Below are positions 29,301 through 46,002 of a DNA stretch of 64,000 nt, in pieces (the first letter of the stretch is position 1; each line of letters begins with the position of its first letter). A program made the position numbers and the translations under genes. The stretch is from contig NC_134028.1 in NCBI RefSeq assembly GCF_964204645.1, positions 1,922,001-1,986,000 of the forward strand, read 5' to 3'. The notes under the pieces were generated by a model. The model saw only the letters and a list, made by a program, of their open reading frames with translations. It did no database searches and was not told the DNA's origin. The DNA is from Tubulanus polymorphus. Its lineage: Eukaryota > Animalia > Nemertea.

Positions 29301-30313
29301 ACTTTATCTATATTTGCTAGTTCACCAGACACGGTCCTAACAAATAACAGCACACGTGCGTTAATGTCAATACAGAAATCGAATCCCTAAAGTATTGCAA
29401 TTATTTCCATACCTGATATCATCTCGAACTGACTTCAGTTCCTTTTTCGCCATTTTTTCAATGCGTTCCTTTTCTTGCAATGCCATTGCCTGGTCTACTT
29501 GAGCCATTACACCTGAAAAAACGATTATCTTATTAATCCAAATATTTTTTAAACTAGAAATAACTGTTCTTAATTCTAAATGGATTATAAAGACCTACCT
29601 TGTTCGAACTGGTCTTGATTAAATACATTTAAACCGAGTTGCTGTAACGTTACATCCTGATCGGTTAAACTTGTCGCTTGTATGAGACTTGTATCGACAT
29701 GAAATACACTTTTACCGCCACTTGCTGCCGAAGGGTTTTCTAAACTATCACTGGAATTACTACTCGAACTACGGCTACTCACAGCGCCGGCCGACGACTT
29801 CAAACACGTCACAGTCGCCGATGGCGGCAATCCATCGAGGGCCTCGCGAGTGATGCCCGGAAATTTCATTTCCTGACCAGCGAGTTTATTCAGTATATTC
29901 TTCATATCGGCCGACTGATTGAAACTACCTAAATATGAAATACCGGACGAACGAGCCAATTGTTGCGAATCATCGTTACCCAGTTTCCCTGCGCAACCAA
30001 CATCGGTAAAACCCAAATCAGCCCGGGAAATATTCGGATCCAGACTTAAAACCGGTTTAGCTTCTTGATTCTTCTCTAGGTCCTCGCTTAAACAGGTTTG
30101 GCTAGGACCTTCCTGACTCGACGCAGGCTCCATGGAAAGTTCTTGGTTCTCATTTAAGGGGTCACTTAGAGTTTCTGATTTTATGTTTTCCTCCTCATGC
30201 GCGACGTGTATGGGCTTGTTCTGTTGTTGGAATCCAAACAGACGCCCAGGTAACTCCTCTTCATTATCAATCGCATCCACATTATTATTGCTATTATTAC
30301 AGTTGAAATTCAT
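23398..30313 (-). CDS. ERCC6: DNA excision repair protein ERCC6/CSB (SWI2/SNF2 ATPase), many exons
   Basis: [29 protein letters not shown], Walker [79 protein letters not shown]-terminal winged helix [12 protein letters not shown]. The start ATG is the first in-frame ATG after an upstream stop. Confidence 0.96.
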
Positions 30314-30370
30314 AATTCGTTCTCTCACAACCCAAACTCCGCCCGGCTTACAACGTATACCCTCTGAATT

Positions 30371-30385
30371 CTAGTCTGCTGCCAT
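30371..30385 (-). promoter_or_regulatory. 4-codon uORF (MAAD*) in frame with ERCC6
   Basis: TTTCTAG|GA ATG GCA GCA GAC TAG, followed by 19 sense codons to the ATG at 30313. Confidence 0.6.
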
Positions 30386-31013
30386 TCCTAGAAATATAAT
30401 AAGAATTTATTACAAATCAAATATGAAAGGCTTGTGACGAGCCTGTCGATTCAATGACTGTAGTGCTTGTTTATTTGAAATCATAACCACTCTTTTAGAT
30501 AATCATGGAACAATTCAAATTCAAATTTAGATGGAATCTTTCTTCCTTGGTCCTTTTACGGCTTTATCATTATCAAATACCAATACTAACTACCATCCAT
30601 CCTAACTTTTTGGCTGTGCCTCAGTTGTTGTTGTGTTGCCTTCCTTAAACATGTTAAAGTTTCTGAATTACGGGCCGAATCCTACAAAAAGCTTTGTTAG
30701 TGCTCTCGAGTATAATAACTTACAATTTTCAGGAGGTTATTCCATAAATAAACTGGTCCAATTTAAGAGTATAGTTTCGATCAAAGAACTGTATGCAGAA
30801 ATGTTTGAACATAAATTCAATTCAATTTATTTTTATTTAGTGTCATTGCATAATCACGGTCATACTAAACATCGTCAGGCGCCGTCAGAGACCGCCAGGA
30901 ACCGTCAGAAACCGGCGTCATGAACTAACGGGCTATTATATGCTGAACATCGTCAGGAAATTAAAATAGAATAGAATGTTTATAGTACAATCAACACTAC
31001 TGAAGTCTGAACC

Positions 31014-31861
31014 TAGTTAGTTACCTAATCGTTGGTGGTAAGCTTTTTATAATCGGATGGGCTTATACCAACGTTAGGGATGACAAGGACCAAAACACGG
31101 TTGAAAAAAGTAACACTTCAAAAATATACTTTCTATTCACTTCAGTCCACAATTAATGGCTTAATTCACAAACTAACACAGGTACCTTTCGAAATAATCC
31201 AATTTTATGTATGTTTCGAGTGATTAATCAACATTATTTTGAGAAATTAATTAATTTCTCCACAAATTTCGCCATTGGCCGCCATTTCTCTGTATTGCAC
31301 ATGTGGCATGATAAGACAAGGGGACCTACAAGGATTTATATAAAACTTCCAAGACGAAACGACAATTTTTATTTTTGATGGTTTTCCAACTTTTATTTCA
31401 AGTCTTCGTGTTTTCCATAATAAATAATGAAATAATAAATTTCTGGTAAAAGAAAAATGTGAATAAGTGTTGATTTTTTAATTTTTTTAAATTTCGTCGT
31501 TTCGCTTTGTTAGTTTGTGCTGTTGTCCTGGCCTCAGTCCACAGGTGCCAGCACCTCCAGTAATTTTCAAAATGGCAGCTGTTGACTGGACGGAAATTTA
31601 CTCTCACTTTACGGCCGATTTGCACATGGATTAAGATCGTCAGGTGAGGTGTTATAGGTATCAGACAAACTACGAATCTGTTGTGCGTCGATTACAACAA
31701 AAATGAGACAGATATCTTAAGAGACAATGAAATGCCAGGCAAATTACTCGTCAGTCAAATTGGCTGACGAAGATTTCATACAAAAATGACCTTCCCATTC
31801 CTGACTGTGGTTTGTGAAAATATCCGATCGTGAAACTAAACCACAGTCAGGTTACTGACTA
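31014..31861. mobile_element. 848-bp non-autonomous DNA transposon, short imperfect TIRs, perfect 9-bp TSD (Academ/AcademH-like)
   Basis: TSD GTCTGAACC at 31005-31013 and 31862-31870; ends TAGTTAGTTACCT / AGGTTACTGACTA (11/13 inverted match); no transposase ORF. Confidence 0.88.
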
Positions 31862-32146
31862 GTCTGAACCCTGCTGTGCAAATTCAGCAATTGGCAGTAA
31901 ATTCACCTCCGAAAGATAGATATTGACTCAATCACTCTGGCCGATAATTCAATTGTTTTGAATTCGCAGCAAGCCCTAAAGAGTGATAAAAAGCAGAGAT
32001 TAACTGGGGGTACTCAGACAAAAACAAAAGGCAAGAACTTAAAAAGAAACAAGTGAGTGAGTGAGCCTGCTGGCCGACGTGGCGAGCGGGTACCGCGTTC
32101 GCGGGTCAACTCGAACGCCCACACCCGACCACTCTGAACCAGTATC

Positions 32147-32521
32147 AGTAATTACTGGGTTTGAACCCGGGACACCCCTGTACATCCTCTTTTCACCATC
32201 AGGACTACTCTGAATCAGCGTCAGTACTTTCGTTATGATATCAATATTTTACCGTACGGTGCTGCTGCTATGCTCATCGTTAGCGGGATTTTCATACACT
32301 AACAAAAGTAATCTCTGGCAAGCAAGGGTTAATGGCAGCAACTCGATTGCCAGAGTTGATTTGCATTAGTGTATGAAAATTCCGCTAACGATGAGCATAG
32401 CGGCAGCACCGTACGGCTGGATACCCTTTTACATCCTCTATTCAGAGCATCCTCGACCACTCAGGCTCAGAATCACTATCAGTAATTACTGGGTTCGAAC
32501 CCGGGACACCCCTGTACATCC
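32147..32521. repeat. Two ~42-bp direct repeats containing a Pol III B-box-like GGTTCGAACCC, flanking the MITE
   Basis: CAGTAATTACTGGGTT(T/C)GAACCCGGGACACCCCTGTACATCC at about 32147 and 32480. Confidence 0.7.
32257..32411. mobile_element. Tc1/mariner-type fold-back MITE with TA TSD
   Basis: TA|CGGTGCTGCTGCTATGCTCATCGTTAGCGG...CCGCTAACGATGAGCATAGCGGCAGCACCG|TA; roughly 46-bp near-perfect arms. Confidence 0.8.
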
Positions 32522-35500
32522 ACTATTAAGCCAGCAGACTGCCACTGGAGTCGTCACCCGTGTAGCATTCTTAAAATCGTGTAGCATTCTTGTAAGAATG
32601 ACAAAAATCAGTCGGCCCTGGGTTCAATATCTGGGGATAGGGTGGCAATCTCCAGTCCGGTGTCTCTTGGATCGATGTGTTCTTAAGATCTTCTTTGCTT
32701 TGATGGAGAATGATAAATGACGATTGTCGATGACGGGACAGTCGAATGAGTTTGAAAATGAAAATGAAATATTTGGCAAACGATTTGCTGGCAACTAGTC
32801 CAGCTAAGTTTGTTAATGACCTGTTATTAAGCGATTTATTCGATATAAGCTTACTGGATCATTCGTTTAAAGTATCAATCCTTTTTCAAAGACGGTGCCC
32901 ATTTTTCAAAACAGGGCCAGGTTTAATAAAGGGCATCGTGAAACCCGAGAGCGCTGTCGACACAGTAGTTAGGTCCGCCTAGACGCGGGGGCATATTCTC
33001 CTGGAACGACTGGGTGAGCATGCACCCTGATTTTCGCTAGGGGATTTCACGACAACATTATATATAAAGCACGCTTGGGTTTTATAATTGTCAAGAAACC
33101 AAATGCACGTCATTTACCTTCGGTCACTTCATAAACAAAATTCTTAAATTCTTAATTGTAATGATAAACTTTGCAAAACATACATTGATTAATAACAAAC
33201 CTAAAAGTAATTTAGATTTTGCGATTTATGCAATTCCGGGCGACCCGCTATTCCGGCGGTTTGAGAATGATCCATCGCTTCGCGTGTCTGACGCAGTACT
33301 CATGAATCCCCGAATTCTGTAAACTCGAACGCCGATCACACAACTATCTGTATCCGATTTCCGATTTCAAAATTAAACGGCCCCCTGTTTCGCTCCCGGT
33401 CCCGGCAGGCGTGGTGGGTTAGAGACACCAAATCAAAATAATCTAATAATCCTAATCCTAATCCTTTTCTTCTTCACTTCTTGTTTTTGAGGGAAAAGTT
33501 ATATATAAACTTTTTTTGTTTCTACAGTCGTGGCCGCAATAATATCCAACAGCGGTCTTTATTGATAAGTGCAGTTTGTTGCAATTTATTTCTGAAATAA
33601 ATAAATGAATTTCATCACTTAATGTTGTTTGGTAAATATATATGTGTAATATTTTTCCTCCACATATCGTAATCGTAATGGAACTAGACCTAGCCATCAA
33701 AAGGTTGTTGTTTTGTGAGTATATAATAGTGAAACCCGAAGATATGGAAGTCTGTTGGGGAGACGCTTTGCTAGCAATATGCTGGCCCGAGTTCGAGTCT
33801 CTTCGTATACGATAAGTCACACCCAACGAGCCCAACTATTACTCGCATGACACGTCACAATAAAAAAAGTTGAATTAGTTCCCGTGCTCGCCGCTAAGAT
33901 TCATTCTGGAAGAATTGGGAACACAACTCGTCCAACGGAGCACTACACAAATAAATAAACAACAATAGAATTTTGATTACTGTGTAATCTATTTATTCAT
34001 ATATCACTTCTTTTTCCTATTTGAATCCTGTCTTCATGGATTACATTTTGTCCACACGTTCTATTATTATTCTTAACATATAGTACAGTGAAAATTAAGT
34101 ACAATCTTCCCAAGGAGTAAGAATTTATCAAAACAAACCATACATGAAAAGAACCAAAATGAAACCAAGCAGAAATATAGATATATTCGAAAACGATTAA
34201 AGAATTTGGCCTCGAGTAAAACAGGTTGGCCCAATGGGCACTCCACTGTGATACATCTCTTTTTACGATATGATCTTAGAAAATAAGAATAAATTTCGAT
34301 TAAATAGTCTTCCACGGTTTTCACAAATACCTGGGTAATTTTTACATAATTCTATTATCAAATATTCTTTCAGAACTTTTACTGTCTACTGCTCTTTGAA
34401 ATGAAAATGTTATCATATTCGCAATGAGTGGAATCGGTATAATACGTGGTCCCTCCTTGGTGATCTACATTCGATAAATTAATTGAAATTCGATATCATT
34501 TTAGAAATCCAATCGATCACCGTAAATGAGAGTGTGGACAACGAAATTACATTTTGGCTGTGTATGAACTTCCTTCGTTGAGTGGAATCTTGAGTCTACA
34601 GGCATGTATGGATTCAATGTTGAACATTTACCGGTATTGCGAGCATTTCTTTTTAAAATCTAATCTCAACTCACACAAATATGTTTTACTCAAATTTAGG
34701 TTAAGTTTTAAACCCCGACTAAGAATGTTCTAGTTAATCTACACATTAACACACATGAATTCGGACCTAACAATTACACCACTACTTTATCTAACATGTA
34801 GTCTGCTTATTTTTATGATTGAAGTAATGTAGATGCACATGTGTTATAGATGAATTTATTGAATCTATGATTACGTAAATATCACGAGACAAGTATAGTG
34901 GTACAAGTACATACAAGTTCATTTGTAAATGCATTATTACCGGATACTGGTTTTTACCAGTCTTTCAGCCATTATGCTTAATCCTTCGAGCTCATAGAAG
35001 TTGGAAGCCATGCAGTGACTTGAGTAACAAAGATATGAGCCAGCTGATCAGACCAGAACCCAGAGGCTCTTAAGCTTTCTGATCATTCACATTCCATGGA
35101 ATGAATGAAAAAAAACCCAAAATAAATAACTGGTCTACAGTAATGACAGTGGATAGCTTTGAAACATGCTTAACTCTGTTTTTTACAGTATTTTTTTTTT
35201 TGGAAAATAGAATTTTCTCTCCATAGCCAACGATGGTGTATGCAGAAAAATAAAAAACATTTTTCAGAACTTGTAAATAAAATTCTTTAAGATACATGAA
35301 CTTCATTGAAAAAAGTAAAATCTTGCACCATATTCGACATGTCCCCCAATCACGTTGAAATCTGTATTTTCAGTTCAAAATCAACTTTCCCCATACCGTT
35401 CACGGGAAACAAGTAGAAGACAATTTTTTGACTAGTAGATTCCTAATAACACTGGTGTGATTCACACCAGCAACAAATCGAGATTAGTTATCAATCTTGC

Positions 35501-35845
35501 AATCTAACCTTTAATTATTTACAACACTTTCTTACCTAAAAATAACAACTTCCTAAGATAATATATGCCTCTATTTTGATGTAAAACCAGGTTTGTGCAG
35601 ACTTCCACAATTCATACAAATCATGGTTTAATTTTTCATATTAGTCTGTGAAAACCTAGGTTTAAACCCTTAAATAATGCAAAAAGCAGCAAATGAATGC
35701 TTGATTTTTGTATGATTTTTAGGTATAATCAGAGTTTCTATTATATATCTGCTGATGTTTGACATTCTTAAAGGTTTTAATAAATATATTCTAAAATATC
35801 TATCCTATGATAATAATACATTATCCTAAAAGTGAGTAACAATCA

Positions 35846-40523
<4,678 letters not shown>

Positions 40524-41095
40524 CTACAAAACATGAAAATAGCGAAAAAAAAAACATTAATTTATTGTTTAATAAAATTTTGCGAACGATCAGTCGAATT
40601 TCAGATATTAATGAAGGATTATTCAAACCCTCATGACGGTTTCAAACTCCAGAAAATGGGATCAGATTCTCTGAGAACTGACGACAAATATGGTGCCATA
40701 TTGTCAAGCGATTTAGTATGGAACAAACTCCGAGAAAAAGAAATATTTAGAAAATAGTAATAAAACATTTTAAGAACATAAAAAGACCCGGTTCAGAAAT
40801 CAGTCACATTTATTTCTCAAATGTTGACATTATTTCTATACATCTGCAAATATCTGTGCAATAAAGATATGAAAAAAATAAAATTTAAATCAGCTGCCAC
40901 ATAAACGATATTGATATGTCAAATGTCTAAGGGATAGCGTTGAAGGGTCTCAGCTGTTTGTATGTGATCGTAACTACCAATAAACGATAGCGCCGGCCGG
41001 GAGCAAAGGAGAGAGCTGATAATCCACAATCTTACCCACTGTTTATAACAGTGACAGACAAGATCAACTAAATCAATAGATAAATCATTACTTAC

Positions 41096-41104
41096 CCTGA
41101 TCAT
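41096..41104 (-). CDS. PAPSS: Candidate alternative first coding exon of PAPSS (MIR)
   Basis: AGA ATG ATC AGG|GTAAGT, phase 0, consensus donor; TATA-like tracts upstream. Confidence 0.4.
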
Positions 41105-41747
41105 TCTCACGCAATACTCTTAGATATATACCCCTCTCTATACGTCACATGAATTACTGTTACTTTAATGGTTACTTTTGTCTCTTCCTCGAGCCTTATA
41201 TATACGTAACTAATTCAAACTGTATGACTGTTTAATAGACCCGTGATAAATTGACTGCAAATTGATAATGATTGAAAATTGGATGCTATTACAGGGTCAC
41301 AGCGCTGTTTGAGTAATTACGAGAGGCTCGCGTGGCGTTGCTAGCTCTCATCGCGTCTACCACTGAGTTGCAACATCAGTAGAGTACGAGTGATTTCATG
41401 GCGATATTATCGCTGAGGGTAAATTACCAACTCGCGTGATTCTCTGTGAGTCAATGGGACTTTCACGACTTCCCGTCAAGAGGGGAACGGGGAATATGAA
41501 GAATAAAATGCACTAAACATCGCGATCTAAGCTACGAATTGCGTGTGTATTGACAACATCGTTCATCATCACGTTGATATTTTTTTTTCTCATTTCTTGG
41601 AAAAATCGGCACGAAAAATCATAGAAACTCGTTGCAATTTTCAGTGAATAACATTCGTAACATATGATGCATGTAACAGTAGACTTTTTTTATCATTCTC
41701 ATCGGCGACATTGATAAAATCATTTTTCTGCCGAAGCATGGCCATAC

Positions 41748-41816
41748 TTTGATGATAATACGAACTGGCTGCGATCCAATCAGTTTAGAACGCACATGAC
41801 TGGAGATTTCTGCCAT
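41748..41816 (-). CDS. PAPSS: Candidate alternative first coding exon of PAPSS (MAEISSHVRSKLIGSQPVRIIIK)
   Basis: ACAATGG Kozak, 23 codons, AAA|GTATGG donor, phase 0. Confidence 0.3.
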
Positions 41817-44198
41817 TGTTGCCGCTTGATTAATCCGGTTGCCGGGGACGATCCCGTAGTTCTGACGTCGATGGCAGAAATGAGTATTCATTGACTCTTG
41901 AAAAATGCTTATAAACACTGACATATCATTCCGCAATAAAGTATATCATTTCCATTCAGCCGAGTTTTATTTATCACTAGTTACGGTTGGTTGAATTCTC
42001 GACACGTCGTTGCTCTGCTATATACTTGCATTCAGCCGAAAGGGTAAAAACAACAAATATATCATGATTAGACGCATGGATGTGTACCCAGCACTACTAC
42101 ATGATCAGAAAATAATCAGTTACACTGATTTTTCGGATATATTTCTTATTTCCATCTTCAGAGATTTATTCAAAATAATTTTTGATTAAATCCCTGGAGA
42201 TGAAATTCAGGAAAACTTATTCCATAGGTAATATTTCATCGATTGCGACTATAGTCTTAAATGTTTCGACATAGTGACAATAATCTAAACATCTCACGAC
42301 TTCCAACTTCTGCTACTGATCCCCGACAATATCGGAAAGTTGTTAGTGAATGGAACCGATATATTTCTAGCAGTATCTGTGAATAACCGAGGTCATTAGC
42401 TGGCTGATTAATTATACAATTCGTAGTAACTAAACACCTATTGACTATCAGTGACCATCTTCACACTGGATCCAGAATGCAATAAAGGTCAAAATAGCAG
42501 TTAATCTGGACGAAGGACGTTAGATTTCCAATAAGTCGCTGTCTATTGTAGATGAACTGTCTGCGTATTGATATAGACTTGTACTGACGATGGCTTATTG
42601 CAATAAACTTTCTCATATTATGCTTCATAACATGCTGAATCCAATAAATTCCATAAGGATCACATACCCGTGATATATTCACATGATTTAGTTTTTCATA
42701 CGCTCATTTGCAGGATAAACCAATAATTTCCTTTTGACGCCTTCGCATCAAATTTTGCTGAATGACCTTTACAAATTGATTAGTAAACTAATTAATTGAT
42801 TTCTCTGCGAAATCAATTCGCAGAGACCAATAACCTGTCGAGATAAATCTCAAATCAATACTAGGTATTTCCATTCATTTCATGATTAATTGTCACAAAA
42901 TCCCGACGAAAATCAGCTTAGAAAACGATGATTAGTTTTTTGTGTGCGGACGATTTTCACAATCATACGGATTCAATTCCAGATACGTGGCACCTAGAAA
43001 TCTATAATTGATCAGAAATATTGATCATTGGAGGGAGAAAGATAGGATGAAGAACGCTAATTTACACTTTTCTGGTGATTGAGAATGCAAGTTAGTCAGT
43101 GGGTATAAATCTATGCCAGGTAGTTGAGAGAAATTTGCCAACTTTTCATCTATTATTGTTATGTTGTATGTCAACCATGGTAAACCGGCGTAAACCGTGT
43201 AAACAGCTATTCAATAATTGCGATTGAGGCAATTTGAACAGGCAATTTGAACAAACAAACCACACACCATTTCAGTTCATTTTATCATTTCCTCGTTTAG
43301 CGAAATTGTGCAGACAATACTCAGAAGCATACTGATGAAGTCTATGAAACTATATGATATATTATCAGCTGTATTTTTGCTGAGAATTGATTAGATAAAC
43401 ACCCCGACATTGCTACTTTATGATTGAAATTGAAAAACATTTCAACAGTATTTTCTCGCATGACATTTTCTACTTTTCAGACAAATATCCCCCCTCCCTC
43501 CCTGTAGGCTTCAGTCAATTAAACGTCATTAGTTCCATTTATTCCGGTGTCTGTTAACAATTAATAATTTCTATCACCTCGGGGTAAAATCAGCCCACGC
43601 AGCAAAGCAAGCCATCCGGAAACATATGATAGATGGTACCCGAAATAGCAATATATATAGACGGAGTGAGGATTCAAGTGACCGGTCGACAGACATAAAT
43701 CTCTACGACTGATACCGACACCCACGTCATAGTCTCAGTAACACTGAATCCCGCGCGCAAATTCATTTCCGTCAAAAATGACGCTAAATCGTTATCGAGC
43801 ACCTGCTTCCCGAATACCGATGTCAAAAGATCGGAAATACTTTCATCACATCGCTACGACGACGCGAGGAATTTTTGAGTGCATCAATTTCTCCAGATTG
43901 CGGAGAGCTGAGTAATGATTATCGCAGCCCTTCAACAAATTACGGCTTTTTGAAGTCGTCCGGTAATAAGAATCTAGCACCGCATATAGAATACTCAATC
44001 ATGATAAATTATACCATTTTCAGGGTTTATGAATAATATCCATCCATTCGCTTTATGTTCAATAAATGTGAGTTAACCGACTATGACAGCAATATTCCTA
44101 TGCAGATCACAGTAATATAATACAGCTTCGACAGCAGTTGGTAATTTATAGTGAGGTGAATGTTTACCGTTACAGCAACTGAATACGATGATACCTAA

Positions 44199-44558
44199 AG
44201 CCTAGCGCACATCGACACTGCGATTGGAGACAACTAGTTGCTACAGAACGATTACCCCGCGCACATCGAAATCTAGTTACGACCGGTCAGTTGCAGCAAC
44301 TGCATGGCGCGCGTGTCGATCGACGAGATCCAGAGCGCGCACATCGACGGATATGACTGCGATTGAGTACAACTAGTTGCTCAAAAGTAGAACATGGGCA
44401 ACTGGCTGGAACTGGAGATAGATCGACCCTTACCAATCGTAAGCTCGCTCACATCGACACATTCAAGCAACTGATCGTATCCAGCCAGTTCCTCTCATGC
44501 GCCGAAAACTGCCTTGCAACTAGTTGTCTCCAATCGCAGTGTCGATGTGCGCTAGGCT
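44199..44558. mobile_element. Young PIF/Harbinger-type MITE, 360 bp
   Basis: Perfect 43-bp TIR AGCCTAGCGCACATCGACACTGCGATTGGAGACAACTAGTTGC; TAA TSD both sides; internal copies of GCACATCGA and CAACTAGTTGC. Confidence 0.92.
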
Positions 44559-45874
44559 TAAAACTCTTCAAAACTGAAACATACATTCATCATACTCTTC
44601 TCTATAACACAGGGGGTTCGTATCTGATGGTAATGACGAACGCCAATTTACAAATTCCTCGAGTTTTCCCTGATTTTTTCATGTGATTACACAAAATTCC
44701 AGGAGTAAATCCGAGAAATCTCTTGTTTTAAACGGTAATCTAATCATTTCCTATACATCGAGTACTAATAAAGAAACGTGTGGTCAATAATATATCCGAA
44801 TTTCCAGAGTTTTCCAGCTATTTTGCAAAATTTGTCAAATTCCCCGAGTTCTTCCCTAATTTTTTTCTAGATTTTCTTGACCTTGAGTTCTTTCGGTCAG
44901 AGGCCTGAGATATATGGATAAAGGTCAAACAATTCTTATCGGCAATGCAAATACGGATTAGATCAGAGTTGTGTCATATGACTGATAAAAACATGTCCTA
45001 TAAGGAGAATAAAGTATTATGAAATAACATCAAACTATTGCGATGCCCATTGAAAATCTAAAAATGTCTTGAAAAATTCTATGATTGCAATACAAAATTT
45101 CTGGTTGAAAAACTTCAATTCAACTCGTATTGATAAAAATAATGACCATTTGACGGGCTAAACGAGCAATTTTTCAGGCGATTTACAAATTCGCCTGATC
45201 GGGCAAAACAATACGCTCATGTGCCCCCTAACTTAACTACGATCGTAGAAAAAACCACCTGTTGTGGAGAAGACAGTGTCTAAAACATCTGGTGCACTGA
45301 ACGCAATACAAATTACGCTATATGATTTTCTGATATGTGTAGATCTGAAATCATTTTTGTGACCCCCTTCCCAATGTCCAAGCGTCCAAACTGCTCGTTT
45401 CAATATTTGACCGCGTTTGACCTCCGCGCATAATTAGAACTTACCCATAATCACGAGTAGATAAGTTTAATAAGCCATTATCTGGAACACATGTCTTCCC
45501 TTTTCAGACTATTTATAAGACATCACCAATTTTCAAAAGGGCAAAACTCATGTATCTATATAACAAAAATGCTCTTCCAAAATCCTTTGATAACTTGTTC
45601 ACTAATAACTTGACCATTCATAAATGATACACATCCCCCTTACTTTAGACTTGATATTGGAATTTTTCCCCTCAAATCTAAAGGAGCCAAGCTGTGGTAA
45701 TTACACCAAACATCAGATATATATATGATATATTATGATAATACATGATTCAATAATATTTTGTTCTTAATGTTCGTACTTTTTAGTGGTTTTTTTGTTG
45801 AAATCTCAGAAACTTTTTACATTTAAATTCATTCGAAATCATAATCGCTCGGGATAGAAAAAAATTGAACTAAC

Positions 45875-45895
45875 CTGAATATGATACAACGACAT
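45875..45895 (-). CDS. PAPSS: Candidate alternative first coding exon of PAPSS (MSLYHIQ)
   Basis: GCC ATG ... CAG|GTTAGT, phase 0; TATAAA and a palindromic CRE about 90 nt upstream. Confidence 0.55.
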
Positions 45896-45984
45896 GGCAG
45901 CGGGACGGAGCGAATCAAATGCCGCAGGTGATTCTCTTACAACAAACCCGAGGCTAATATCGTGATACCAGATGACATACACAG

Positions 45985-46002
45985 TTTATAGAGTGACGTC
46001 AC
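45985..46002 (-). promoter_or_regulatory. CRE (GTGACGTCAC) immediately 5' of a TATAAA box
   Basis: Minus strand reads GTGACGTCAC-TC-TATAAA. Confidence 0.55.

Noticed and set aside
23398-30313. piggyBac (PGBD3-like) insertion in ERCC6 as in primates
   Set aside because: All introns are short and none contains a transposase ORF.
43332-43350. Second hammerhead core CTGATGA...GAAAC
   Set aside because: No stem II can form between the core boxes.
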